A stretch of 64,000 bases of DNA from Amoebophrya sp. A120. Its lineage: Eukaryota > Protista > Dinoflagellata. The position numbers were made by a program, and so were the translations under genes. Every line of letters starts with the position of its first letter. Positions within the stretch are counted from its first letter, which is position 1. The notes below the pieces were generated by a model. That model was not told the origin of the DNA. It did not search any database and saw only the letters and a program-made list of their open reading frames with translations. Below are positions 31,487 through 44,900 of the stretch, in pieces. The stretch covers positions 1,276,190 through 1,340,189 of the forward strand of contig CAJINV010000018.1 of the NCBI GenBank assembly GCA_905178155.1, in the 5' to 3' direction.

Positions 31487-34081
31487 ATGATGCAATTTAT
31501 CGTGGTCCTGGCCGTTGCCGGCCTGCTGTACAACAACTACGAGAGGATAAAGCCGTACATTCCCGAGCGGATCCGCGCCCCGCTGGAGAGGTTTGGTAAA
31601 GATGTGAATCAGACGGTGATACACATACACACACTGGTGCTCGTACTCACGATGGTGTACATGATTCCGGGACTGGACTGGATCGGGTTTACCTTCCAAT
31701 ACTGGTTCTACTACGCAGCACTTTGGACGGCTTTCGCAGGAAGCTGCGTCACAATGTACTTACATTTATCTTCACATCATTGCAGCTAAACTTGACAAAA
31801 AGAACTGATGTTGATCTTCTTCTCAGATAGTTCAATATTTCCAGCATGCAGCATCAGCAGAGAGTCACTTTCACTTTGTCTTTGTATCGTAGCTTTAAGT
31901 GGCGCAACGTAGCGTCATCATCATCGACACCGTCCAAGAACTTGGGCCGGTGCTGGATTAGTAGAGCAACTCTCCAAAATTATCACCCTCCATCGCCCTT
32001 ATATTTACGTCCTGGTCTCTCACAGATCCGCAAACAACGGTCCGCCGCCCATTCGGGAAGGCTGGGGAAAGTGCAAAGAATACCTCGGGAAACTCTCCAC
32101 GGGGGTGGAGTTCCAGTGGCTCTTTTACGTTTTGATTTTTTTCAGCGCGGACCCGTTTTTCCTGGTGCTGCTAGTGCCGGCGAGAAGAAGTTTCACAGCA
32201 CTGACAAAGTATAGATGATTCGATAATGGCTTTTCGATATTATTATGACCAGCAAATCTTCGTCCGTTTATCAGTCTTAGATGTGTCTTCCTACGGTTCT
32301 TTCTACTCGTACCTTCTCGTCGTCTGTATTGTGCTACAACTTGGATGAATATAAACTACTTTGACTTGATGCACAACACGGAAATACAATATGGAAATTC
32401 GGAAGAAATGAAATAAATCAACTCAGGCACATCGTAAAATTTGTCCCGCACGTGCCGCAGCTCCATTATCCCCAGTGAAAAGCGTACTCGCACCATGGTC
32501 AAATGAGTGGCAGTTTTGCTACAGAAGGTGCCATGAAGTCACTTTCGCTTTTGCGCATTCAAAGTCCGGGTCTATAGTCGTACAGCTACTGTTTGTTTTT
32601 GTGGATAGCTACTACTAGCGCAGGCGCGTCATAAATCCTTGCCTTCCGCTTGTCCTAGTGTATGTGGCGGGTATGACAAATATCTAGATACAACTAGCAT
32701 TGGACCATGCTCCTGGCAGATTGATTGGGCCGCGCATGATGACACGCATTATTCGGGGCCTGCACATTTGTATGAGAAATAGAAGGGGGTGGGTACTACG
32801 CTTTATTCACACAGGATATCCAGGCCTACAAGACTACGATCGACGAACTTGTGGCGAAGGAGCCGGAAGTGCTTCTTGCGGCGACTATTGCGTATCCCGC
32901 AGAAAAAGACAGGCAGGTCAGATTTGTAATGCATAGAATGAATAACTCACAAAAAGTAAAAGATCCCTCAAGGGGCTCGCCCATAGCATGCTGTTTAGGA
33001 CACGCAATACAGATTTTATTTGTGGTCTGTTTATTTTTGCATTACGAATATGACCTGCCTGCTTTTTTCTGCGGGATATTGCGGAAGTATTGCTGGGGTG
33101 GTACCTGATACTCGGGATTTTTTTGTTCGAAAACAAGCAGTATTCAACATTGCAAAGATGTCTGGGTCTGGAAAGTTGCTGCGGTATTTGTCATGCTTGT
33201 CTGAAATGAGAATGACTCGGAGCTCTGTGATGCACAAAAACCAAAGAAAGGGGGCCCTCTTACCTGTCAGGTGAAAACGCAGCTTGTCATGCGGAGTCAG
33301 TTACTTATTATATTCCGCAGCACATAGCGGGGGCTCAAAAACAAAAACTTGGCATGCTGGATGCGTATTTCAGTGCTGCCGTCACTCACAGACATGCATA
33401 TATACAGCTTTGCAGGAGACCGAGACGCGTTTGCATTCGATAAGCAGTTCCTCGTCGTCCTGCTGTACTGGCAGTTTCTCCTATCCAGTGCAAAAGCATC
33501 GCACTCGTAGTAATCGCGATTATGCATTGCAAATCTTCATCCCAAGGTAAAATAGCATGACAAATTCCATTTGTAGCTGTAGGAATTTGTCATGCTGAGG
33601 TAATTTGTAATGCAATTACTACTAGTGCGATGCATTTTCAATTCATACCTCCGCATGCGCTACCATGTATCCTAGAAAAACGCACACCACCCATAGGAGA
33701 AAAAAAGGGAACTTGTATTGCTGCTTTTCCGAGGCCACAGAAAACTTTCTGATATGCAACAGCGGCAACTTGCTGTCATGCGGAATCGAGAACGTAATGT
33801 AGAAGGCGGCGTAATAAATTAGGCCTGAAAACTTGTCATGCTGATGAACAGCCAACAGGGGATTTGTTTGTGACGCAATAGGGCAGCCTGGCACACTATA
33901 TTTGATTGTTATGGTATGTGTGTACAATTTTTCTACGGCATACCACGCACCGAGATCGAAGGCCGTGCACGAGAAGGCGTGGGGCGTCATTGGGGAAAAA
34001 GTGGACCCGGTGGTGTCAAAAGTCCCACCAGTGGAGAAAGCCGTGGACATGGTGAAAACGTACTTTAAGAAGCCCATGTGA
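31487..34081 (+). CDS. TMEM33/Pom33-like multi-pass membrane protein; middle exons (32.2-32.8 kb) not fully resolved
   Basis: Spliced segments EYLGKLSTGVEFQWLFYVLIFFSADPFFLVLLVP and TIAEVLLGWYLILGIF...FLVVLLYWQFLRMRYH...AW resemble the TMEM33 family pattern. Confidence 0.7.
32893..33078. mobile_element. Introner family C
   Basis: tatcccgcagaaaaa...ttttttctgcgggata; direct repeat TTGCG. Confidence 0.92.
33141..33442. mobile_element. Introner family A (degenerate)
   Basis: tattcaacattgcaaagatgtctggg...tttgcattcgata; direct repeat AGCAG. Confidence 0.82.
33482..33647. mobile_element. Introner family E
   Basis: tatccagtgcaaaagcatcgcact...agtgcgatgcattttcaattcata; direct repeat TCTCC/CCTCC. Confidence 0.87.
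33668..33942. mobile_element. Introner (singleton TIR type)
   Basis: tatcctagaaaaa...tttttctacggcata; direct repeat CCATG/CCACG. Confidence 0.82.
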
Positions 34082-34942
34082 TCATGATGACAAAATAACT
34101 CCACCTGTGCGTTCGTTCCGACAACAAGTCCCGCTTAGCCACGACTCGCTCTTCCTAATTGTTTTCTCCCTTGCAGCTGTGGCAGAAGTGAAAGTGTAGC
34201 GAAAGCGAAAGCCACGCTCTGCGATTTTCTTTTGCCGCATACTTTGTTGATGGAGAACCTGAAACTGCGAGCAGCACCCCTGCCCCCGGCTGTTGACGCA
34301 AGAAGTGCGAATTTAGTACGACTTCCCAAATCTGACGACACGAACGAAATTCCAAGTCAAACCAATGTTGAGCGGATGCGATTTCTATGCCGCGAGCAAT
34401 TTTTTCGACGTGAAATAGTAAACAACTGTAGGGCGCCGTTGTTCTGCAGATTTGCTTGGTGCGAGTAAAACTCGAGCGTAGAAACTGTATGCTCATAGTT
34501 TTCTTGCGCGACTACGCTGCCGTTCACTTTGTAGACTCTGCTCGTCTTGCAAATAAAATTGCAATCTATCTTTCTCGTACAAATCCTTTGTGTGCTGATT
34601 CGTGCTGAAAAATGTTCTTGACTGTTGTGGTCTTTGTCGTCTTTATTCCGTCGTGCACACCGTCCAGCAGCTTCGTGCGTTGAAGGAATTTCGTTGCGTC
34701 GCCTTGTTCGTTTCAAGGATATTATCGTTGTTCGGTATGGTAGTTACAGCTGCATCGCTTTTTCGATCCGGTCCATCATGTGCGCAGGAAGTATTCGCGT
34801 TTTTGTTTCCGGAAAATCCCAGTTACACATAACTAGTACAGCTACTCAAAAAGCTCTCACACAAGGAGAGTTTTTACTTTTAGTCTTACTATTCGGTCTG
34901 CCTCCGTTCAGTAAAGTAGTAGCAACCTCCAAGCACCAGACC

Positions 34943-36201
34943 ATGGGCAAGCGTAGTTCCACGCAGGAAAAGGGCGGCTCGCCGGCGCCCCTTCGCCGTG
35001 GAAATGGGGGGGGGGGGCAGAAGACCACTGCCACGACTCTCCAGGTGGGGGCGGCGACTGCGGTTTTGCCGCACTTGGTCGGAGCGGTGGCGCAAGAACC
35101 GCGTTTCCTGGACAACGAAGGACCGCTATGCATCGCAAAGATGTTGCAACAACCGGGTCGTCTACTGGGAGATGATAGATTGCAAACCTGTGATGCTGAA
35201 AACGCTGGAGCTACTACCTAGCACACAAGAAAAATCTGCGTTGTATCATGTATGAGCCGCAATATTAGACAGAAGTTGTTGCCCACTCATTCTTGTCACG
35301 GAAGGACGAGTGCCAAATTTCTGATGCGGGGTACTTAGGTGTGAAGAAGCCTTCGGAAAAGGTATAAAAAGGAGTGCTTATATGTGCGTCCCGAATGATC
35401 CTCTGCCTCTGCCTGTCCGTGACAAACAAACGCATAATTCATCTCCCAGAGGGCCCAGGTATTTTTTTCATTTGATAACGGTCGCACATGATGCTGCTCC
35501 CGGAGGAGAACGAGCTCGGGAAAAATCCAGCCCCCGCCGGAAACGCAGGATCCACCACGGCTGAGCAGGACAGTGGTCAGTACCGCTTCGCGGCGGTGCG
35601 AAGTCCGCGCACCGCGGCGGCCGTCTCCCGCCAGGCGGCGAAGGTTGGCCGGGACGGAGCTTCTTCCACTGCGGCAAGGAGTGATTTGTTGGAGCCGGCG
35701 GAATTCATGGGCGAAGATCAGTCCGGGGCTGAAGTTCTTGATGCCGAGTCGTTTCCGTTTTTCGCGGAGTTCGCAGCCGACACGCACACGTTTTTGGAAG
35801 GTGCGAACATGCTCGGGTTCTTCCGCGACAAGGCGAACACTCAAAGCTCTCAGACGAAGAAGCAGGGGAAAGCGGCGCGCGCGGCGAAGGAGAAGGTCGC
35901 GGCTTCGAGGTCCGCTTCCGCGGCGGTGGATGAAGATTACAAATACCCTACAGAGGCGCTGAGTGGAAGATGGACAAACTCCAACGAAGAATGGGCAAAT
36001 AATAACAAAAAAAATCTCCAATCGGCGGGGCAGTACTTGCAAGGTACTAATGGGGGGCACTTGGCCCGCAAGGCCGGATCAGCCATGAATTCTGCTGGGT
36101 CAGCGGTTGGAGAGAAATTCAGCGCGGTTGGAGAGAAATTCAGCGAAGCAGGGAGCAATTTGATTAAAGCGAATAACTGGTTAAACGAGCACGCGTTTTA
36201 G
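34943..36201 (+). CDS. Hypothetical protein, two exons
   Basis: MGKRSS... joins ORF 35488 in frame after removal of the degenerate introner 35127-35477 (EGPPHMMLLPEE). Confidence 0.6.
35127..35477. mobile_element. Old, degenerate introner
   Basis: tatgcatcgcaaag...tttttcatttgata; direct repeat ACCGC/ACGGT; frame restored. Confidence 0.6.
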
Positions 36202-36421
36202 TCCGTAGCCCGCGCATCCCCATGCACAGCTGATTGACTGATGCTCATTGGCTCAGAACGAAGCCTTATGCTTCATTGCTGCACCGTACACGGTTGAGAA
36301 CGAGAAAGTACTCTGTTACTAGGCCTTGCGCAGTTGTGAAGTCAGTCGCAATCTTTGCGATAGACCTCATTTCTGCAGTTGGTTTTTGATTTATCATTTC
36401 TACTTTTTGTTTTTCATTCTT

Positions 36422-36500
36422 TCCCGGAAGCGAAAGATCATCACGGGAAAGACGTGCTGCTGTCCCGGAAGCGAAAGATCATCACGGGAAAGACGTGCTG
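36422..36500. repeat. Tandem duplication, 41-bp period
   Basis: tcccggaagcgaaagatcatcacgggaaagacgtgctgc occurs twice. Confidence 0.85.
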
Positions 36501-38445
36501 CAGCTCATCCGCAAAGAGCCACGAAAGCAGCTAAATAGACTGCTACTAGCGGCAAACAAGCCCCAGGACCTGCTCCAAGACGCACAATCGTGGCCCCGCA
36601 GGGCGAAAACAGACAAACCCAGCCGGGAAGAAGAGGAGGACAACATCCCAGACGAGTGGATGGCTCAGGCCGCGGAGGCGGTGAAAAAGAGAAAGATAGA
36701 GCAAGATCAATAAGACTAGTGCTTGCATCGGGGCACAGATCTGCTCAAAAAGCCAAGGTCCTTCTACGCAGTTCTCTTTACACTCAGGCTATCAGAACCG
36801 TAGGTAAACAGTGCGACGACCTTGACACACAGTTGCGTCACCTTATCAGAGCTTTTATTTTGTTTCTGGATCGCATTCTCTCCACTGTATCGCGCTAAAA
36901 GGAAAAGTAACACAACGAACACAGATCCGGAAAACCCAAGCAGTTTTGGGAAAGCCTAAATATTCACTTCAAGCAAGGATCGTTCAAAGCTTTGTCGCCA
37001 GGCAAGGGCGGAGGTTCAAATAATGAAATCTCGTTTTTGCTGCTCGTCCAAAACAAAAAGAACTACTGCAGCGCGCCGAGGCTTTAGACAAGCTAGCCTC
37101 AAGATCATCTTTCCTTTTTCTACATAGATCGTTTTCGTTTGTTTTTGAGCCACCGCGACTGGCGATAAGTGGCGCGAGCTATTCCTCCATATTTCTGGAT
37201 CTTTTCTCTTCCCAAAGTGAACAACTCGCATTGAGACCAAACTTACGGATAGTATCATTTTCCTGGTACTTTGCTAAGTGCAAGAGGCAGACTAGTAGCA
37301 TTATCTGTCGACTTGCTCGGAGTCATCACACTAGCCATAGTACCAAGAGCCGCAGACGCAAAAGGCAGAGGTGAGAGAGAGCACGCGCTCGACCATTTTC
37401 AAAAAAAAAAAAAAAAGAAAAGATCGCAAAAGAAAGTAAAGAAAACCCCATAAGCGACACAGATTGGCAGCCGAGTCTCCGGGGTAGAAAAAGAAAACGA
37501 CAAAGAGAGGAGACGAGGCCGCAGGTGGTTGGACGACCTGGACATAACTTCGGTTCCCCAGGAAGTTCAGCGGCGTCTAGGTTACCGGGCTACGACATTT
37601 TGTTGTAGCTTGTCTGGTTCTCCGGAACCTAAGGTCTTGCGTTTCTGCCTGACTTCGAAAGATCTCACGCTGAGATACTTCACGAAGGTTAGTCGGGGGC
37701 TGAACAGGCAGCAAGCCGCTGACCTGTTCTGTACGCCATTGCTGATGAGGTGGTTGCTTTGGCTGACTCCAATTGCGAGGCCGGTCACCGCTAAAACGGG
37801 TGGTGCCTCGCCTTGCAAGATGTTTTAGAGTTTCGCTCTGAAGCAGACAATTGCTCGCAGAAAACTCGACAGTGCCCAGACAGTTTCTCGCCCACCTAGA
37901 GGCGAACACACATGTTGTTTTTCATTCTTTGGGAGCTTTTATACCCTAACTTTTCCGACTGTAAAAAGCGATAAGCGCCGCAACCTTTTGAAGTACCCTA
38001 ACGCGCAGAAATTTTTTCACGTTTTCACGAACTGTAGAAAAAGTCTTCGTGAAAGTGAATTTTTATGGCATCTTCGACGCCGACGAAGCCAAGAAAGCCG
38101 TATTTCGCACAGCGTCAAAGTCCTTGACTCTTTACAACGACCTAGTAACTGGGTTAGTAGAGGATGAAGGCCAAAGATAAGTACATAGAGGACTGCTCGC
38201 GACGTACGTCTTCCACTCTTTGACGCAAAGAGGTACGAATACGATCTCATCCCGCACCAAGCACAGACGCGACCCGAACCCACACACATAAAAAAAGAAA
38301 AACTTACTGGGCAGACACCCACCCGCCATCCCAACTTCCACAAATTTCGAAGAAATTTTTTTCACACGATCCATCAAACACAGCCTACCCGTCTCGAAGC
38401 ACGCCAAAGCAGCTGTTCTTCCCCCATGTACTTATATTTATAATA

Positions 38446-39829
38446 GGGATCGGATTTTTTCGGAACTATCTAAACTGAGAACGGAACCAACAGCCACCAC
38501 ACCGTGGCGCTTCGCACTTGTCGCCATTCCGTTTCCTTTCGTGTGTGTTGTTTTTTTTCGTTCTCTTCAGCTTCAGCGTCAAGCTCGTTTTCTTCTTCAA
38601 GTTTCGTTTTCTGTTTTTCTCTCTTTCCTTCTTCTCTTAGGGGGGACAAAATTTGCGGGATTTGCGTCCGCCCCGCGCCATTCGTTTGCCACGGCCCCCG
38701 CCCCGTCTATGTGTGTTCTTCTTGCTAATGGTTGGCGTCCCGCGGATATGCGCGGGTGCCAGCGGCGGCGGCAAACTTCCAGGCGTTGCTCCTATTAGAG
38801 GCGTAGGCCAGGAAAGTTAGCCCCCTATGTGGGGCTAAAAGGTCAGACGCCACCTAGCTCCCGATGCTGGGGAGACGCGCGGCGCGCTGTTCTCATGATC
38901 GATGGAAGAAGGCCGATGTGGCCCCCCAGTGGCGGAAGTTGGGGCGCCCTTTTTTGGGCCGATTAGCTTTACAGCAGTGGGGCATAGATACGGCCCTCCG
39001 CCCAGCCTTAGCTCCAACGCCGGCAGTTCTTTCGCAGTCTTCCGTGCCCCAGGGCCCCTTGGATGTGGTTGTCACATCCAAGAGACGAGCCCCTCCTTGG
39101 GTGCGGAAGACTGCGGGATAACCGATGGAAAGGCAAACAGCCCAATTGCCGTGGCAGGCTCTCCATGCAGCGGTTGCTAGACGAGCGCGGGCCAGCAGTG
39201 GCAGCTAGAGCGCAGGCTTGGGTGGTTGTGTCTATTATACGGCGGCCGGGCTCATTGTGTTCCTTGCTTCCCGCTGTTGGACGGCCACCGCTAGCCTCAT
39301 TAGGTTGGTAGGGGGCTCGGCCCTCCTCGCGGGTTGCTGCCGGTTATTAATTTCATGGCCAGGCCTCTCTGGCAGCAAGCTCCGCCGCGCCTAACTTCGC
39401 GGGCGGGCGACCTTCTCTGGCATCCCCGCCCAAGCATCCGGCTGAGCGCGCAAGCTCGGCCCGTTTGCTGAAGCTGACTCTGCTTGGCTATAGAAACAAC
39501 ATCAAGAAAAACGCCGCGCAGCGACAGGAGGGCGCGCAAGAGAGGGGCACCACGGGGCTTAGGCCTCCCCCGCTCAGGGATTTGCTTTGCTTCGAAGGTC
39601 GCCACGCTTCTAGCAGACAGCCGAGATGGCTCGGCCGCCTGTGCGCTGGCCGGCCGGGGCTTCTCGGATTTTTCTCCGTTTCCGTTTCCGCACTTGTTTC
39701 ACGGCTTCGAGTTCCGTTCTCAGTCTCGCCTCTTTTTTTTGAAAAAACACGAGAACAGGCGGGGAAGGATCCAAGAGTCGCGAAAAAGTTCCGTTCTCAG
39801 TTTAGACAGTTCCAAACAAAGCCATATCC
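38446..39829. mobile_element. Non-autonomous TIR element with 9-bp TSD, Mutator/MULE-like, 1384 bp
   Basis: 42-bp TIR ending ggaact(a/g)tctaaactgagaacggaac; TSD TTTATAATA at 38437-38445 and 39830-39838; no transposase ORF. Confidence 0.85.
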
Positions 39830-40430
39830 TTTATAATATAAAAGAAAGCGTAACTCGACACACAGAAAAAGGCGCGCCGAAGTAGACAACATCACTGGTA
39901 TAATAAGTAGTCACAATACAGTGACACGCGATCGGCGGCAAATTTTGCTTGTGCGTTGAGGTTGACTTCGCTTACATGAAAGCTTCTCCTTTCCCTTCAT
40001 AAAAACTTCCAGCCAAACACATTCTGAACTTCGAAGGAAGTTGAAGCAAACACTTCGTGCTGTTCCATTTGAGGACGACTTGATCGACGCGAGAACGCGA
40101 CGCATGACGATGAACGTGAGAGAAAAGTAGATCCTGTGCTCGAAACAATTTGAAAATGATCCACAAAATCTGCATAATGCAGGACCTGCCTTAAGAAAAA
40201 GTTGATCACGTGATTGATCATCCAAATAGCGATCTTTGTCTAGTAGCGCTTTCTCTGATGTCGTCTGGGAGATGTGGTCTGGAAGAAAGAAAAGGATTAA
40301 TTCAAATGTAAGTTCAACAGATGAAACTACAGAATAACCAGGCACGATGAAAGCACAACTGTGTCTGTGAATAGTGCGATCACCCTCCATTGGTTCCGAG
40401 AAAGAAAATCAAACCCGAAGTGGATCGTGT

Positions 40431-41692
40431 CCGTTCCCAAAACACAAAAAAATGCGTCGGTCGTGGTCAGTCGGGAGGACCGGATGGAAATACTCAGTGC
40501 TACAGTCCCTTCATCTTCAAGTCGCTCGAAATCTGCTAGCATATTTGAGTACCGAAATAGTGCGCTTTTTGTTGTTCAAATACCTCCCAAAATTCACCGA
40601 ATTCAGGTGAATATGTGCCCGGTTTTTGCTGATAGGATTATCGCCCTTGATGTGATTGGCGAACCAACTGCAAACTCAAACAGCAAGCCAGCAGAGCGAG
40701 GTAGAGAACGGCGCAGCTTTGTATTCTGAGCAACCCACCAGCTAGCTGCGTGGCGCCTCGGGCCGTCATTGCAACTTCCTGCCGCCCCCCCTCTTATTCG
40801 ATATGGCGCTGCTGTCTGTGTTAATGAAGAAAGAAGGGGCAGCGAGCTCCTGCTGCGTCTACTCGACGTCGGGCGCCCAGCCAACCGCCTACCTTCCCCG
40901 GCCGGCCTGAGGCAGCACCGTTCGGCCCGGCCGCGCCACTGCGACTCGGCCGGCGCCCCATCAACATAAAAAAAGACAAAAAGCGCCCGACTGCCCTCGC
41001 GATCAATACTACCCCACGCAAGCATCGAGACACAAAACCAACGGCCCGGAGTCTTTATCTGCGGCGCGGCCGCGGCTGGGCCGGGTGGGTCAGAGGTAGG
41101 CTTTGGGCGCCGGGGCACGTTGGGCGCTGGGCTTGGGTTTATTGGCAACCGGGGCTGCTTGATGAGAGAAGCAGGGGCGGGCGATCCCGGGCCGGAGGGG
41201 CCGGAAGTTGGCAAAGGGCCAACCGCCCCTAGCCTCGGCCCCTGTCCCGACCTCGGGCGCCACTCAGCGACCCCGACCTCGGCCCCTTCCCCCGCCCCTG
41301 CCGTGGCCTGCCCCGGCCAACCTCGACCCCCGCTGCCCCCAATCTCGGCCGCCCCAACCCCGGCTTCCCCAGCCCCTGTTGTCCCAAGCCCTATTGTTTG
41401 CCCCAGGCCCCGGTGGTTGCCTCACTCCGTGCTGCTTGCCCCGCCCCCTGCTGCCCCAGTCCGGGCCGCCTGCTTGCTGCCCCAACCCCAGCTGCCCCCG
41501 GCTCTGCGGCCCCAACCCCTGCTAACTCCGCCCCTGCTGCCCCAACCCCTTTTGCCCCAACCCCTTTTGCCCCAGCCCCTCTGGCCCCGCCCCGGCGGCC
41601 CAGCCATTGCCTGCGCGCGCGCGGCATCGGCTCCGTTCTCAAAACACACAAAATGCGTCGGTCGTGGTCAGTCTGGAGGACCGGATGGAAAT
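40431..41692. repeat. ~60-bp direct repeats (40431-40490, 41633-41692) bracketing a C-rich low-complexity tract
   Basis: ccgttc(c/t)caaaacaca..aaatgcgtcggtcgtggtcagtc.ggaggaccggatggaaat occurs twice; gccccaacccc-type units at 41220-41590. Confidence 0.75.
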
Positions 41693-41959
41693 GTGTCTGA
41701 ATCTGTTTTCTCGTGCTGTCACTGCTTAAACCCATATCCATAAATTGCATCTCCTTCTCAATTCTAATCCAACAGCGGTCGGATTTTTGCGCAACATAAG
41801 TAGAAAGCACCACTGTTTCGCATACGTTGTGTTTTCATCCGCTCGTGCAATAGAAATATTTCATGTAGTCAATTTCTGGTTGTTGATTTTCCCCTAATTC
41901 AGATTTGTGTTTTCCCACTTCTCGACTATTCGACCATACAGACCAGAGCGACATCAAAA

Positions 41960-44900
41960 ATGACGAAGAGCGCAGCTTTGAACAAGGCTGCCAAAGCGGG
42001 TCCCGTGGCCAAGCCCGCGGCAGACACGAAGAAACCGGCGGAGCCAAAAAAAAAGCCTGCAGATGAGCACTCCAGGGAAGGTAAGACGAATGCTCCAGCA
42101 GGTCCTCATCGCGCGAAGGGAAAAGGGGAGGGAAAAAAGGGGACAAAGAAGTCCACTACTGTCGCTGCAGTTTCAGCTGTTTCCAAAACGACCCCAGCGA
42201 CCGTGGCCACCACGAGCGCCAACACGATCCGCCCTGCTTCCGCAGGAACGTCCTGTAGGGGGGGTGTTACACGCCTGTCCCACGAGACCGAAATCCTTGT
42301 TCCGCAGTCATTTTCAAGCCGAAAAACAACTTCGGAAACCCCAGGCAGAACCACTGGAGTCTGGGTGAGCACTAATCGTCAAGCAAAGGATTTAATATTT
42401 TCCGCAACAGCACTTCGCAGCAAGAACGCAGAAGAAATGATGAACGAGGATTTTTACTTCTGTCTGGTGAAGGCGCCCACCTCGGTTCTGAAGGGCGTGA
42501 ACCGACTAACTGCACTTCCGAAAAGACGGCTGCGCACCATCCAGGACGCCTTACTCGACGTGATCAACAGTCATGCGAATTACAATCCAAGCGGGTCAGC
42601 TGCAGGAGGAGGAGGAGGTTCGTTGAAAAATAAAACCCGGCGGTTCATTTCCCCCTGGCGCACCGACACGAACCAGAAAAAACTTGCGGACGCTATCAAA
42701 GCGGAATCGAAGCATAGCATCGCGCAGTTCATTGGGTCCGTGGTCAACGAGTTTGACGCCATTTCCGTATTGCGAGGAAAAATCCTCCCTCCCCATATTG
42801 AAAACGCATACTTCTGAAAATTTGTGATGCAGATTTGTGACCACAAATCCTGTCTGTCTTGCGAGAGGGCAAGCCCAGAGATTCCGCCACATTATGCAGG
42901 CGGTTTGTAATGCTGCTCGGCGTACAGCATAGACATTTGTGATGCTAGTAGGCACCTGAGTCAAAACCCCTCAGCTCAGACATGGCGTATGCCTGCAGTC
43001 CTCTACTGCAAGACAAATCTGATTGGTGTATGGAAATCCAGCATCAGAAACTTCGTTTTAATATGGGGCGGGGGGATCATTTGTCCTTTTGATATTCCGT
43101 GTCCACGGCCCTGAGCCGAGTGATCCACTTGGATTTGCAGAGCACGGAAGCCGGCATCCCCCACTGCTTGCTGCAGCGGATCTTGCAGGACGGCTTCCGG
43201 GAGTACACTCCGCAGGCGGTCGCCAACATTTGCAACTCGTTGGTCCGAGTGCTGCCGAAGGTGCTGGCGAGAGCCAAGGTATTGCAGATGAAAGAACAAA
43301 GGAACAACTCGTGTAGTACTAGTAGTACAACCACAAGTACAACCGCTTCTAGCGAACACAATAAAGCGAACAAATCGACGTCGAAGCCCGTTTCACCACA
43401 AAATATCAAATGTAAAAGTGTCTGGGTCTGGAAGAATGCATGTTTGTCATGCTTGTCTGGCATGACCCGTAAATCTGTCATGCGCGTCACCCAAGAGTCC
43501 CATTTTTCTGTCATGCAGAAACGCAGTTTGTCATGCAGAATAGGCAACACCTAGAACCTCAGAAACTTGTCATGCTGGGCCAGCACTTGTGGCCTCATCA
43601 TGAGACGCCACGCAGCATCACAAGTTTCCAGACATCCAGGGATTTTTACATTTGATACAAAAGGCCGACGAGCAATTGCCGATGATCCGGAAGATATCCC
43701 ACGAAAAAACTGTTTCACTGTGATGATTTTGCAAGAACCGCATCACAAGTTTGCTACACATGACCCAGAAAATTTGCCATGCGCGTGTCCCAAGGGAAAG
43801 CACGCTTAAAAATCCAATGTCTTGCAGGTGTAGCAAGACAAACAGTTTGGTGTTTTGTTCTCTGCATCACAGGTTCACAGTGAAACAGTTTTTTCATGCG
43901 ATAGAAAATTTTCGAGAACGCGGTTTGCTTCCTCGCGGAAAAATTGCTGGAATCCTACGAGAATTGCGACAATTTTTCCACGGACAGTGAACACGAAGAG
44001 GAACAGGTGGACAGGAACAACGAACAGCAGGAAGTATTGACTGGTGCAGCAGGAGATGTTGAGATCAACGACTGCAGCAGCAAGAACTCTACCGCTAGTA
44101 GCAAGACATCATCAAACTCATTCGACAAGCAGCTGTCCGCTTTCCAGGCCATGATCGAAAACGGAGAGAGGGAGTTGACCCTGGAAACCGCCAACACGGC
44201 CTTGAGGCTTTACAGCACCGCGTTATCAAATGTAAAAATGTCTGGGTCTGGAAGATTGCCGGGTTTGTCATGCACATTTTGCATGACTCCTCAAGTCTGT
44301 GACGCATGCCCTAGCATCACGGATTTTTAGAGGGCTTCCTGATGCCTATTCCGCATGACAAATGCTCTATCCGTGCTGCAAAATTTGGACTCTCTTTGCT
44401 GCTCATGCAATACAGATTTTTTTAGAATCCAAGATCAGCATGACAAGTTGGATTCTTCCAGACCCAGACACTTTTACAGTTGATACGCGTGGTTCAAAAA
44501 CGACGACCTACAGCTGTCCCTGTACGACCTGCTGAAGATGCACAGCTTCGCGTACTGTTTCAACGGCTTCAAGCCGCAGGAGCTGGTAAACCTCGTGTCG
44601 GCGTTCGCGAAAGTTGCAGGGACTTTGGACTTATTTTTCCCGACCACAATTTATTCCGGGTCGTTGGCGACGAACTCGGAAGTAGAAAACGGGACGGGGA
44701 AGAAGAGACCGCAGAACAAGCACCAGCAGCACCGGGTTTTGTTTCACAGACTCTTCCGTTTGGTGTTGTTGGAAATCGTGGAGCGGGCGGCGGCCATTAA
44801 ATTCACCGGCGTCGTGCAGCGGGAATTGTCGAATTTCTGCTGGGCGTTGCAGAAGCTGAACGTGCTTCCCTCGCAAGTGCTGACGCCACTTTTGAAGCGG

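Noticed and set aside
36203-36256. Dinoflagellate spliced-leader relic (tccgtagcc...ttggctcag)
   Set aside because: The two halves are separated by ~35 nt and lie at a gene 3' end; likely chance.
37735-37800. Hammerhead ribozyme core (ctgatgag)
   Set aside because: No GAAA after the putative stem II and no convincing stems I/III.
36500-38430. Tyrosine-recombinase retroelement remnant
   Set aside because: Only short fragmented ORFs with no recognisable RT or recombinase motifs; left unannotated.
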